From Eledone cirrhosa (taxonomy: Eukaryota), in contig OZ024743.1 of the NCBI GenBank assembly GCA_964016885.1, forward strand, positions 174,034,001 to 174,098,000: a DNA stretch of 64,000 bases. Reading direction: 5' to 3'. The notes beneath the pieces are model-generated. The model was given only the letters and a program-made list of their open reading frames with translations. It was not told the DNA's origin and did not search any database. Below are positions 1 to 15,000 of this stretch, piece after piece; within the stretch, counting starts at the first letter, position 1, and each line of letters opens with the position of its first letter. The position numbers and the translations under genes were made by a program.

Positions 1-3000
1 TACTACAGACACACACTCAGGGCTAGGGTATGAACCCTCTCTTAGTTGTCCTCCTCCAATACTACAGACACACACTCAGGGCTAGGGTATGAACCCTCTC
101 TTAGTTGTCGTCCTCCAATACTAGACACACACTCAGGGCTAGGGTATGAACCCTCTATTAGTTGTCCTTCTCCAATACTACAGACACACACTCAGGGCTA
201 GGGTATGAACCCTCTCTTAGTTGTCCTCCTCCAATACTACAGACACACACTCAGGGCTAGGGTATGAACCCTCTCTTAGGTGTCCTCCTCCAATACTACA
301 GACACACACTCAGAGCTAGGGTATGAACCCTCTCTTAGTTGTCCTCCTCCAATACTACAGACACACACTCAGGGCTAGGGTATGAACCCTCTCTTAGGTG
401 TCCTCCTCCAATACTAGACACACACTCAGGGCTAGGGTATGTACCCTCTCTTAGTTGTCATCCTCCAATACTAGACACACACTCAGGGCTAGGGTATGTA
501 CCCTCTCTTAGTTGTCTTCCTCCAATACTACAGACACACACTCAGGGCTAGGGTATGTACCCTCTCCTAGATGTCCTCCTCCAATACTACAGACACACAC
601 TCAGGGCTAGGGTATGAACCCTCTCTTAGTTGTCCTCCTCCAATACTACAGACACACACTCAGGGCTAGGGTATGAACCCTCTCTTAGTTGTCCTCCTCC
701 AATACTACAGACACACACTCAGGGCTAGGGTATGTACCCTCTCCCAGTTGTTCTCCTCCAATACTACAGACACACACTCAGGGCTAGGGTATGAACCCTC
801 TCTTAGTTGTCCTCCTCCAATACTACAGACACACACTCAGGGCTAGGGTATGAACCCTCTCCTAGTTGTCCTCCTCCAATACTACAGACACACACTCAGG
901 TCTAGGGTATGAACCCTCTCTTAGTTGTCCTCCTCCAATACTACAGACACACACTCAGGGCTAGGGTATGAACCCTCTCCTAGTTGTCCTCCTCCAATAC
1001 TACAGACACACACTCAGGGCTAGGGTATGAACCCTCTCTTAGTTGTCCTCCTCCAATACTACAGACACACACTCAGGGCTAGGGTATGAACCCTCTCTTA
1101 GTTGTCCTCCTCCAATACTACAGACACACACTCAGGGCTAGGGTATTAACCCTCTCTTAGTTGTCCTCCTCCAATACTACAGACACACACTCAGGGCTAG
1201 TGTATGAACCCTCTCTTAGTTGTCCTCCTCCAATACTACAGACACACACTCAGGGCTAGGGTATGAACCCTCTCTTAGTTGTCCTCCTCCAATACTACAG
1301 ACACACACTCAGGGCTAGGGTATGAACCCTCTCTTAGTTGTCCTCCTCCAATACTACAGACACACACTCAGGGCTAGGGTATGAACCCTCTTTTAGTTGT
1401 CCTCCTCCAATACTACAGACACACACTCAGGGCTAGGGTATGAACCCTCTATTAGTTGTCCTTCTCCAATACTACAGACACACACTCAGGGCTAGAGTAT
1501 TAACCCTCTCTTAGTTGTCCTCCTCCAATACTACAGACACACTCAGGGCTAGGGTATGAACCCTCTCTTAGTTGTCCTCCTCCAATACTACAGACACACA
1601 CTCAGGGCTAGGGTATGAACCCTCTCTTAGTTGTCCTCCTCCAATACTACAGACACACACTCAGGGCTAGGGTATTAACCCTCTCTTAGTTGTCCTCCTC
1701 CAATACTACAGACAGACACTCAGGGCTAGGGTATTAACCCTCTCTTAGTTGTCCTCCTCCAATACTAGACACACACTCAGGGCTAGGGTATGAACCCTCT
1801 TGTAGTTGTCCTCCTCCAATACTACAGACACACACTCAGGGCTAGGGTATGAACCCTCTTTTAGTTGTCCTCCTCCAATACTACAGACACACACTCAGGG
1901 CTAGGGTATGTAACCTCTCCTAGTTGTCCTCCTCCAATACTACAGACACACACTCAGGGCTAGGGTATGAACCCTCTCTTAGTTGTCCTCCTCCAATACT
2001 ACAGACACACACTCAGGGCTAGGGTATGTAACCTCTCCTAGTTGTCCTCCTCCAATACTACAGACACACACTCAGGGCTAGGGTATGAACCCTCTCTTAG
2101 TTGTCCTCCTCCAATACTACAGACACACACTCAGGGCTAGGGTATGAACCCTCTCTTAGTTGTCGTCCTCCAATACTAGACACACACTCAGGGCTAGGGT
2201 ATGAACCCTCTATTAGTTGTCCTTCTCCAATACTACAGACACACACTCAGGGCTAGGGTATGAACCCTCTCTTAGTTGTCCTCCTCCAATACTACAGACA
2301 CACACTCAGGGCTAGGGTATTAACCCTCTCTTAGTTGTCCTCCTCCAATACTACAGACACACACTCAGGGCTAGGGTATGAACCCTCTCTTAGTTGTCCT
2401 CCTCCAATACTACAGACACACACTCAGGGCTAGGGTATGAACCCTCTCTTAGTTGTCCTCCTCCAATACTACAGACACACACTCAGGGCTAGGGTATTAA
2501 CCCTCTCTTAGTTGTCCTCCTCCAATACTACAGACACACACTCAGGGCTAGGGTATTAACCCTCTCTTAGTTGTCCTCCTCCAATACTACAGACAGACAC
2601 TCAGGGCTAGGGTATTAACCCTCTCTTAGTTGTCCTCCTCCAATACTAGACACACACTCAGGGCTAGGGTATGAACCCTCTTGTAGTTGTCCTCCTCCAA
2701 TACTACAGACACACACTCAGGGCTAGGGTATGAACCCTCTTTTAGTTGTCTTCCTCCAATACTACAGACACACACTCAGGGCTAGGGTATGTAACCTCTC
2801 CTAGTTGTCCTCCTCCAATACTACAGACACACACTCAGGGCTAGGGTATGAACCCTCTCTTAGTTGTCCTCCTCCAATACTACAGACACACACTCAGGGC
2901 TAGGGTATGTAACCTCTCCTAGTTGTCCTCCTCCAATACTACAGACACACACTCAGGGCTAGGGTATGAACCCTCTCTTAGTTGTCCTCCTCCAATACTA

Positions 3001-6000
3001 CAGACACACACTCAGGGCTAGGGTATGAACCCTCTCTTAGTTGTCGTCCTCCAATACTAGACACACACTCAGGGCTAGGGTATGAACCCTCTATTAGTTG
3101 TCCTTCTCCAATACTACAGACACACACTCAGGGCTAGGGTATGAACCCTCTCTTAGTTGTCCTCCTCCAATACTACAGACACACACTCAGGGCTAGGGTA
3201 TTACCCCTCTCTTAGTTGTCCTCCTCCAATACTACAGACACACACTCAGGGCTAGGGTATGAACCCTCTCTTAGTTGTCCTCCTCCAATACTACAGACAC
3301 ACACTCAGGGCTAGGGTATGAACCCTCTCTTAGTTGTCCTCCTCCAATACTACAGACACACACTCAGGGCTAGGGTATTAACCCTCTCTTAGTTGTCCTC
3401 CTCCAATACTACAGACACACACTCAGGGCTAAGGTATTAACCCTCTCTTAGTTGCCCTCCTCCAATACTAGACACACACTCAGGGCTAGGGTATGAACCC
3501 TCTTTTAGTTGTCCTCCTCCAATACTACAGACACACACTCAGGGCTAGGGTATGAACCCTCTCTTAGTTGTCCTCCTCCAATACTACAGACACACACTCA
3601 GGGCTAGGGTATGTACCCTCTCCTAGTTGTCCTCCTCCAATACTACAGACACACACTCAGGGCTAGGGTATGAACCCTCTCTTAGTTGTCCTCCTCCAAT
3701 ACTACAGACACACATTCAGGGCTAGGGTATTAACCCTCTCTTAGTTGTCCTCCTCCAATACTAGACACACACTCAGGGCTAGGGTATGAACCCTCTCTTA
3801 GTTGTCCTCCTCCAATACTACAGACACACACTCAGGGCTAGGGTATGAACCCTCTCTTAGTTGTCCTCCTCCAATACTACAGACACACACTCAGAGCTAG
3901 GGTATGAACCCTCTCTTAGTTGTCCTCCTCCAATACTACAGACACACACTCAGGGCTAGGGTATGAACCCTCTCTTAGGTGTCCTCCTCCAATACTAGAC
4001 ATACACTCAGGGCTAGGGTATGTACCCTCTCTTAGTTGTCGTCCTCCAATACTAGACACACACTCAGGGCTAGGGTATGTACCCTCTCTTAGTTGTCTTC
4101 CTCCAATACTACAGACACACACTCAGGGCTAGGGTATGTACCTTCTCCTAGTTGTCCTCCTCCAATACCTCAGACACACACTCTGGGCTAGGGTATGAAC
4201 CCTCTCTTAGGTGTCCTCCTCCAATACTAGACACACACCCAGGGCTAGGGTATGTACCCTCTCTTAGTTGTCGTCCTCCAATACTAGACACACACTCAGG
4301 GCAAGGGTATGTACCCTCTCTTAGTTGTCTTCCTCCAATACTACAGACACACACTCAGGGCTAGGGTATGTACCCTCTCTTAGTTGTCCTCCTCCAATAC
4401 TACAGACACACACTCAGGGCTAGGGTATGAACGCTCTCCCAGTTGTCCTCCTCCAATACTACAGACACACACTCAGGGCTAGGGTATGAACGCTCTCCCA
4501 GTTGTCCTCCTCCAATACTACAGACACACACTCAGGGCTAGGGTATGAACCCTCTCCCAGTTGTCCTCCTCCAATACTACAGACACACACTCAGGGCTAG
4601 GGTATGTACCCTCTCTTAGTTGTCGTCTTCCAATACTACAGACACACACTCAGGGCTAGGGTATGAACGCTCTCCCAGTTGTCCTCTTCCAATACTACAG
4701 ACACACACTCAGGGCTAGGGTATGAACGCTCTCCCAGTTGTCCTCCTCCAATACTACAGACACACACTCAGGGCTAGGGTATGAACCCTCTCCCAGTTGT
4801 CCTCCTCCAATACTACAGACACACACTCAGGGCTAGGGTATGAACGCTCTCCCAGTTGTCCTCCTCCAATACTACAGACACACACTCAGGGCTAGGGTAT
4901 GAACCCTCTCCCAGTTGTCCTCCTCCAATACTACAGACACACACTCAGGGCTAGGGTATGAACCCTCTCCCAGTTGTCCTCCTCCAATACTACAGACACA
5001 CACTCAGGGCTAGGGTATGTACCCTCTCTTAGTTGTCGTCTTCCAATACTACAGACACACACTCAGGGCTAGGGTATGAACGCTCTCCCAGTTGTCCTCT
5101 TCCAATACTACAGACACACACTCAGGGCTAGGGTATGAACGCTCTCCCAGTTGTCCTCCTCCAATACTACAGACACACACTCAGGGCTAGGGTATGAACC
5201 CTCTCCCAGTTGTCCTCCTCCAATACTACAGACACACACTCAGGGCTAGGGTATGAACGCTCTCCCAGTTGTCCTCCTCCAATACTACAGACACACACTC
5301 AGGGCTAGGGTATGAACCCTCTCTTAGTTGTCCTCCTCCAATACTACAGACACACACTCAGGGCTAGGGTATGAACGCTCTCCTAGGTGTCCTCCTCCAA
5401 TACTACAGACACACACTCAGGGCTAGGGTATGAACCCTCTCTTAGTTGTCCTCCTCCAATACTACAGACACACACTCAGGGCTAGGGTATGAACACTCTC
5501 TTAGGTGTCCTCCTCCAATACTACAGACACACACTCAGGGCTAGGGTATGAACCCTTTCTTAGTTGTCCTCCTCCAATACTATAGACACACACTCAGGGC
5601 TAGGGTATGTACCCTCTCCCAGATGTCCTCCTCCAATACTACAGACACACACTCAGGGCTAGGGTATGAACCCTCTCTTAGGTGTCCTCCTCCAATACTA
5701 CAGACACACACTCAGGGCTAGGGTATGAACCCTCTGTTAGGTGTCCTCCTCCAATACTAGACACACACTCAGGGCTAGGGTATGTACCCTCTCTTAGTTG
5801 TCTTCCTCCAATACTACAGACACACACTCAGGGCTAGGGTATGTACCCTCTCCCAGTTGTCCTCCTCCAATACTACAGACACACACTCAGGGCTAGGGTA
5901 TGAACCCTCTCTTAGTTGTCCTCTTCCAATACTACAGACACACACTCAGGGCTAGGGTATGAACCCTCTCCTAGTTGTCCTCCTCCAATACTACAGACAC

Positions 6001-9000
6001 ACACTCAGGGCTAGGGTATGAACCCTCTCCCAGTTGTCCTCCTCCAATACTACAGACACACACTCAGGGCTAGGGTATGAACCCTCTCTTAGTTGTCCTC
6101 CTCCAATACTACAGACACACACTCAGGGCTAGGGTATGAACCCTCTCCCAGTTGTCCTCCTCCAATACTACAGACACACACTCAGGGCTAGGGTATGAAC
6201 CCTCTCTTAGTTGTCCTCTTCCAATACTACAGACACACACTCAGGGCTAGGGTATGAACCCTCTCCTAGTTGTCCTCCTCCAATACTAGACACACACTCA
6301 GGGCTAGGGTATGTACCCTCTCTTAGTTGTCGTCCTCCAATACTAGACACACACTCAGGGCAAGGGTATGTACCCTCTCTTAGTTGTCTTCCTCCAATAC
6401 TACAGACACACACTCAGGGCTAGGGTATGTACCCTCTCTTAGTTGTCCTCCTCCAATACTACAGACACACACTCAGGGCTAGGGTATGAACGCTCTCCCA
6501 GTTGTCCTCCTCCAATACTACAGACACACACTCAGGGCTAGGGTATGAACGCTCTCCCAGTTGTCCTCCTCCAATACTACAGACACACACTCAGGGCTAG
6601 GGTATGAACCCTCTCCCAGTTGTCCTCCTCCAATACTACAGACACACACTCAGGGCTAGGGTATGTACCCTCTCTTAGTTGTCGTCTTCCAATACTACAG
6701 ACACACACTCAGGGCTAGGGTATGAACGCTCTCCCAGTTGTCCTCTTCCAATACTACAGACACACACTCAGGGCTAGGGTATGAACGCTCTCCCAGTTGT
6801 CCTCCTCCAATACTACAGACACACACTCAGGGCTAGGGTATGAACCCTCTCCCAGTTGTCCTCCTCCAATACTACAGACACACACTCAGGGCTAGGGTAT
6901 GAACGCTCTCCCAGTTGTCCTCCTCCAATACTACAGACACACACTCAGGGCTAGGGTATGTACCCTCTCTTAGTTGTCCTCTTCCAATACTACAGACACA
7001 CACTCAGGGCTAGGGTATGAACGCTCTCCCAGTTGTCCTCCTCCAATACTACAGACACACACTCAGGGCTAGGGTATGAACCCTCTCCTAGTTGTCCTCC
7101 TCCAATACTACAGACACACACTCTGGGCTAGGGTATGAACCCTCTCTTAGTTGTCCTCCTCCAATACTACAGACACACACTCAGGGCTAGGGTATGAACG
7201 CTCTCCCAGGTGTCCTCCTCCAATACTACAGACACACACTCAGGGCTAGGGTATGAACCCTCTCTTAGTTGTCCTCCTCCAATACTACAGACACACACTC
7301 AGGGCTAGGGTATGTACCCTCTCTTAGTTGTCCTCCTCCAATACTACAGACACACACTCAGGGCTAGAGTATGAACACTCTCTTAGGTGTCCTCCTCCAA
7401 TACTATAGACACACACTCAGGGCTAGGGTATGTACCCTCTCCCAGATGTCCTCCTCCAATACTACAGACACACACTCAGGGCTAGGGTATGAACCCTCTC
7501 TTAGGTGTCCTCCTCCAATACTACAGACACACACTCAGGGCTAGGGTATGAACCCTCTCTTAGGTGTCCTCCTCCAATACTACAGACACACACTCAGGGC
7601 TAGGGTATGAACCCTCTCTTAGTTGTCCTCCTCCAATACTACAGACACACACTCAGGGCTAGGGTATGTACCCTCTCCCAGTTGTTCTCCTCCAATACTA
7701 CAGACACACACTCAGGGCTAGGGTATGAACCCTCTCTTAGTTGTCCTCCTCCAATACTACAGACACACACTCAGGGCTAGGGTATGAACCCTCTCTTAGG
7801 TGTCCTCCTCCAATACTAGACACACACTCAGGGCTAGGGTATGTACCCTCTCTTAGTTGTCTTCCTCCAATACTACAGACACACACTCAGGGCTAGAGTA
7901 TGTACCCTCTCCCAGTTGTCCTCCTCCAATACTACAGACACACACTCAGGGCTAGGGTATGAACCCTCTCTTAGTTGTCCTCTTCCAATACTACAGACAC
8001 ACACTCAGGGCTAGGGTATGAACCCTCTCCTAGTTGTCCTCCTCCAATACTACAGACACACACTCAGGGCTAGGGTATGAACCCTCTCCCAGTTGTCCTC
8101 CTCCAATACTACAGACACACACTCAGGGCTAGGGTATGAACCCTCTCTTAGTTGTCCTCCTCCAATACTACAGACACACACTCAGGGCTAGGGTATGAAC
8201 CCTCTCCCAGTTGTCCTCCTCCAATACTACAGACACACACTCAGGGCTAGGGTATGAACCCTCTCTTAGTTGTCCTCTTCCAATACTACAGACACACACT
8301 CAGGGCTAGGGTATGAACCCTCTCTTAATTGTCCCCCTCCAATACTACAGACACACACTCAGGGCTAGGGTATGTACCCTCTCCCAGTTGTCCTCCTCCA
8401 ATACTACAGACACACACTCAGGGCCAGGGTATGAACCCTCTCCTAGTTGTTCTTCTCCAATACTACAGACACACACTCAGGGCTAGGGTATGTACCCTCT
8501 CCCAGTTGTCCTCCTCCAATACTACAGACACACACTCAGGGCTAGGGTATGTACCCTCTCTTAGTTGTCCTCCTCCAATACTACAGACACACACTCAGGG
8601 CTAGGGTATGAACCCTCTCTTAGTTGTCCTCTTCCAATACTACAGACACACACTCAGGGCTAGGGTATGAACCCTCTCCTAGTTGTCCTCCTCCAATACT
8701 AGACACACACTCAGGGCTAGGGTATGTACCCTCTCTTAGTTGTCGTCCTCCAATACTACAGACACACACTCAGGGCTAGGGTATGTACCCTCTCTTAGTT
8801 GTCCTCCTCCAATACTACAGACACACACTCAGGGCTAGGGTATGAACGCTCTCCCAGTTGTCCTCCTCCAATACTACAGACACACACTCAGGGCTAGGGT
8901 ATGTACCCTCTCTTAGTTGTCGTCTTCCAATACTACAGACACACACTCAGGGCTAGGGTATGAACCCTCTCCCAGTTGTCCTCCTCCAATACTACAGACA

Positions 9001-12000
9001 CACACTCAGGGCTAGGGTATGTACCCTCTCTTAGTTGTCGTCTTCCAATACTACAGACACACACTCAGGGCTAGGGTATGAACGCTCTCCCAGTTGTCCT
9101 CTTCCAATACTACAGACACACACTCAGGGCTAGGGTATGAACGCTCTCCCAGTTGTCCTCCTCCAATACTACAGACACACACTCAGGGCTAGGGTATGAA
9201 CCCTCTCCCAGTTGTCCTCCTCCAATACTACAGACACACACTCAGGGCTAGGGTATGAACGCTCTCCCAGTTGTCCTCCTCCAATACTACAGACACACAC
9301 TCAGGGCTAGGGTATGTACCCTCTCTTAGTTGTCCTCTTCCAATACTACAGACACACACTCAGGGCTAGGGTATGAACGCTCTCCCAGTTGTCCTCCTCC
9401 AATACTACAGACACACACTCAGGGCTAGGGTATGAACCCTCTCCTAGTTGTCCTCCTCCAATACTACAGACACACACTCTGGGCTAGGGTATGAACCCTC
9501 TCTTAGTTGTCCTCCTCCAATACTACAGACACACACTCAGGGCTAGCGTATGAACGCTCTCCTAGGTGTCCTCCTCCAATACTACAGACACACACTCAGG
9601 GCTAGGGTATGAACCCTCTCTTAGTTGTCCTCCTCCAATACTACAGACACACACTCAGGGCTAGGGTATGAACACTCTCTTAGGTGTCCTCCTCCAATAC
9701 TACAGACACACACTCAGGGCTAGGGTATGAACCCTCTCTTAGTTGTCCTCCTCCAATACTATAGACACACACTCAGGGCTAGGGTATGTACCCTCTCCCA
9801 GATGTCCTCCTCCAATACTACAGACACACACTCAGGGCTAGGGTATGAACCCTCTCTTAGGTGTCCTCCTCCAATACTACAGACACACACTCAGGGCTAG
9901 GGTATGAACCCTCTCTTAGGTGTCCTCCTCCAATACTACAGACACACACTCAGGGCTAGGGTATGAACCCTCTCTTAGTTGTCCTCCTCCAATACTACAG
10001 ACACACACTCAGGGCTAGGGTATGTACCCTCTCCCAGTTGTTCTCCTCCAATACTACAGACACACACTCAGGGCTAGGGTATGAACCCTCTCTTAGTTGT
10101 CCTCTTCCAATACTACAGACACACACTCAGGGCTAGGGTATGAACCCTCTCTTAATTGTCCCCCTCCAATACTACAGACACACACTCAGCGCTAGGGTAT
10201 GTACCCTCTATCAGTTGTCCTCCTCCAATACTACAGACACACACTCAGGGCTAGGGTATGAACCCTCTCCTAGTTGTTCTCCTCCAATACTACAGACACA
10301 CACTCAGGGCTAGGGTATGTACCCTCTCCCAGTTGTCCTCCTCCAATACTACAGACACACACTCAGGGCTAGGGTATGTACCCTCTCTTAGTTGTCCTCC
10401 TCCAATACTACAGACACACACTCAGGGCTAGGGTATGAACCCTCTCTTAGTTGTCCTCTTCCAATACTACAGACACACACTCAGGGCTAGGGTATGAACC
10501 CTCTCCTAGTTGTCCTCCTCCAATACTAGACACACACTCAGGTCTAGGGTATGTACCCTCTCTTAGTTGTCGTCCTCCAATACTAGACACACACTCAGGG
10601 CAAGGGTATGTACCCTCTCTTAGTTGTCTTCCTCCAATACTACAGACACACACTCAGGGCTAGGGTATGTACCCTCTCTTAGTTGTCCTCCTCCAATACT
10701 ACAGACACACACTCAGGGCTAGGGTATGAACGCTCTCCCAGTTGTCCTCCTCCAATACTACAGACACACACTCAGGGCTAGGGTATGAACGCTCTCCCAG
10801 TTGTCCTCCTCCAATACTACAGACACACACTCAGGGCTAGGCTTTGAACCCTCTCCCAGTTGTCCTCCTCCAATACTACAGACACACACTCAGGGCTAGG
10901 GTATGTACCCTCTCTTAGTTGTCGTCTTCCAATACTACAGACACACACTCAGGCCTAGGGTATGAACGCTCTCCCAGTTGTCCTCTTCCAATACTACAGA
11001 CACACACTCAGGGCTAGGGTATGAACGCTCTCCCAGTTGTCCTCCTCCAATACTACAGACACACACTCAGGGCTAGGGTATGAACCCTCTCCCAGTTGTC
11101 CTCCTCCAATACTACAGACACACACTCAGGGCTAGGGTATGTTCCCTCTCTTAGTTGTCCTCTTCCAATACTACAGACACACACTCAGGGCTAGGGTATG
11201 AACGCTCTCCCAGTTGTCCTCCTCCAATACTACAGACACACACTCAGGGCTAGGGTATGAACCCTCTCCTAGTTGTCCTCCTCCAATACTACAGACACAC
11301 ACTCTGGGCTAGGGTATGAACCCTCTCTTAGTTGTCCTCCTCCAATACTACAGACACACACTCAGGGCTAGGGTATGAACGCTCTCCTAGGTGTCCTCCT
11401 CCAATACTACAGACACACACTCAGGGCTAGGGTATGAACCCTCTCTTAGTTGTCCTCCTCCAATACTACAGACACACACTCAGGGCTAGGGTATGAACCC
11501 TCTCTTAGGTGTCCTCCTCCAATACTACAGACACACACTCAGGGCTAGGGTATGAACCCTCTCTTAGTTGTCCTCCTCCAATACTATAGACACACACTCA
11601 GGGCTAGGGTATGTACCCTCTCCCAGATGTCCTCCTCCAATACTACAGACACACACTCAGGGCTAGGGTATGAACCCTCTCTTAGTTGTCCTCTTCCAAT
11701 ACTACAGACACACACTCAGGGCTAGGGTATGAACCCTCTCCTAGTTGTCCTCCTCCAATACTACAGACACACACTCAGGGCTAGGGTATGAACCCTCTCC
11801 TAGTTGTCCTCCAATACTACAGACACACACTCAGGGCTAGGGTATGAACCCTCTCCCAGTTGTCCTCCTCCAATACTACAGACACACACTCAGGTCTAGG
11901 GTATGAACCCTCTCTTAGTTGTCCTCCTCCAATACTACAGACACACACTCAGGGCTAGGGTATGAACCCTCTCTTAATTGTCCTCCTCCAATACTACAGA

Positions 12001-15000
12001 CACACACTCAGGGCTAGGGTATGAACCCTCTCCCAGTTGTCCTCTTCCAATACTACAGACACACACTCAGGGCTAGGGTATGAACCCTCTCCTAGTTGTC
12101 CTCCTCCAATACTAGACACACACTCAGGGCTAGGGTATGTACCCTCTCTTAGTTGTCGTCCTCCAATACTAGACACACACTCAGGGCAAGGGTATGTACC
12201 CTCTCTTAGTTGTCTTCCTCCAATACTACAGACACACACTCAGGGCTAGGGTATGTACCCTCTCTTAGTTGTCCTCCTCCAATACTACAGACACACACTC
12301 AGGGCTAGGGTATGAACGCTCTCCCAGTTGTCCTCCTCCAATACTACAGACACACACTCAGGGCTAGGGTATGAACCCTCTCCCAGTTGTCCTCCTCCAA
12401 TACTACAGACACACACTCAGGGCTAGGGTATGTACCCTCTCTTAGTTGTCGTCTTCCAATACTACAGACACACACTCAGGGCTAGGGTATGAACGCTCTC
12501 CCAGTTGTCCTCTTCCAATACTACAGACACACACTCAGGGCTAGGGTATGAACGCTCTCCCAGTTGTCCTCCTCCAATACTACAGACACACACTCAGGGC
12601 TAAGGTATGAACCCTCTCCCAGTTGTCCTCCTCCAATACTACAGACACACACTCAGGGCTAGGGTATGAACGCTCTCCCAGTTGTCCTCCTCCAATACTA
12701 CAGACACACACTCAGGGCTAGGGTATGTACCCTCTCTTAGTTGTCCTCTTCCAATACTACAGACACACACTCAGGGCTAGGGTATGAACGCTCTCCCAGT
12801 TGTCCTCCTCCAATACTACAGACACACACTCAGGGCTAGGGTATGAACCCTCTCCTAGTTGTCCTCCTCCAATACTACAGACACACACTCTGGGCTAGGG
12901 TATGAACCCTCTCTTAGTTGTCCTCCTCCAATACTACAGACACACACTCAGGGCTAGGGTATGAACGCTCTCCTAGGTGTCCTCCTCCAATACTACAGAC
13001 ACACACTCAGGGCTAGGGTATGAACCCTCTCCTAGTTGTCCTCCTCCAATACTACAGACACACACTCAGGGCTAGGGTATGAACCCTCTCTTAGTTGTCC
13101 TCCTCCAATACTACAGACACACACTCAGGGCTAGGGTATGAACCCTCTCCTAGTTGTCCTCCTCCAATACTACAGACACACACCCAGGGCTAGGGTATGA
13201 ACCCTCTCTTAGTTGTCCTCCTCCAATACTACAGACACACACTCAGGGCTAGGGTATTAACCCTCTCTTTGTTGTCCTCCTCCAATACTACAGACATACA
13301 CTCAGGGCTAGGGTATGAACCCTCTCCCAGTTGTCCTCCTCCAATACTACAGACACACACTCAGGGCTAGAGTATGAACACTCTCTTAGGTGTCCTCCTC
13401 CAATACTATAGACACACACTCAGGGCTAGGGTATGAACCCTCTCTTAGTTGTCCTCCTCCAATACTACAGACACACACTCAGGGCTAGGGTATGTACCCT
13501 CTCCCAGTTGTTCTCCTCCAATACTACAGACACACACTCAGGGCTAGGGTATGAACCCTCTCTTAGGTGTCCTCCTCCAATACTAGACACACACTCAGGG
13601 CTAGGGTATGTACCCTCTCTTAGTTGTCTTCCTCCAATACTACAGACACACACTCAGGGCTAGAGTATGTACCCTCTCCCAGTTGTCCTCCTCCAATACT
13701 ACAGACACACACTCAGGGCTAGGGTATGAACCCTCTCTTAGTTGTCCTCTTCCAATACTACAGACACACACTCAGAGCTAGGGTATGAACCCTCTCCTAG
13801 TTGTCCTCCTCCAATACTACAGACACACACTCAGGGCTAGGGTATGAACCCTCTCCCAGTTGTCCTTCTCCAATACTACAGACACACACTCAGGGCTAGG
13901 GTATGAACCCTCTCTTAGTTGTCCTCCTCCAATACTACAGACACACACTCAGGTCTAGGGTATGAACCCTCTCCCAGTTGTCCTCCTCCAATACTACAGA
14001 CACACACTCAGGGCTAGGGTATGAACCCTCTCTTAGTTGTCCTCTTCCAATACTACAGACACACACTCAGGGCTAGGGTATGAACCCTCTCTTAATTGTC
14101 CCCCTCCAATACTACAGACACACACTCAGGGCTAGGGTATGTACCCTCTCCCAGTTGTCCTCCTCCAATACTACAGACACACACTCAGGGCTAGGGTATG
14201 AACCCTCTCCTAGTTGTTCTCCTCCAATACTACAGACACACACTCAGGGCTAGGGTATGTACCCTCTCCCAGTTGTCCTCCTCCAATACTACAGACACAC
14301 ACTCAGGGCTAGGGTATGTACCCTCTCTTAGTTGTCCTCCTCCGATACTACAGACACACACTCAGGGCTAGGGTATGAACCCTCTCTTAGTTGTCCTCTT
14401 CCAATACTACAGACACACACTCAGGGCTAGGGTATGAACCCTCTCCTAGTTGTCCTCCTCCAATACTAGACACACACTCAGGGCTAGGGTATGTACCCTC
14501 TCTTAGTTGTCGTCCTCCAATACTAGACACACACTCAGGGCAAGGGTATGTACCCTCTCTTAGTTGTCTTCCTCCAATACTACAGACACACACTCAGGGC
14601 TAGGGTATGTACCCTCTCCCAGTTGTCCTCCTCCAATACTACAGACACACACTCAGGGCTAGGGTATGTACCCTCTCTTAGTTGTCCTCCTCCGATACTA
14701 CAGACACACACTCAGGGCTAGGGTATGAACCCTCTCTTAGTTGTCCTCTTCCAATACTACAGACACACACTCAGGGCTAGGGTATGAACCCTCTCCTAGT
14801 TGTCCTCCTCCAATACTAGACACACACTCAGGGCTAGGGTATGTACCCTCTCTTAGTTGTCGTCCTCCAATACTAGACACACACTCAGGGCAAGGGTATG
14901 TACCCTCTCTTAGTTGTCTTCCTCCAATACTACAGACACACACTCAGGGCTAGGGTATGTACCCTCTCTTAGTTGTCCTCCTCCAATACTACAGACACAC

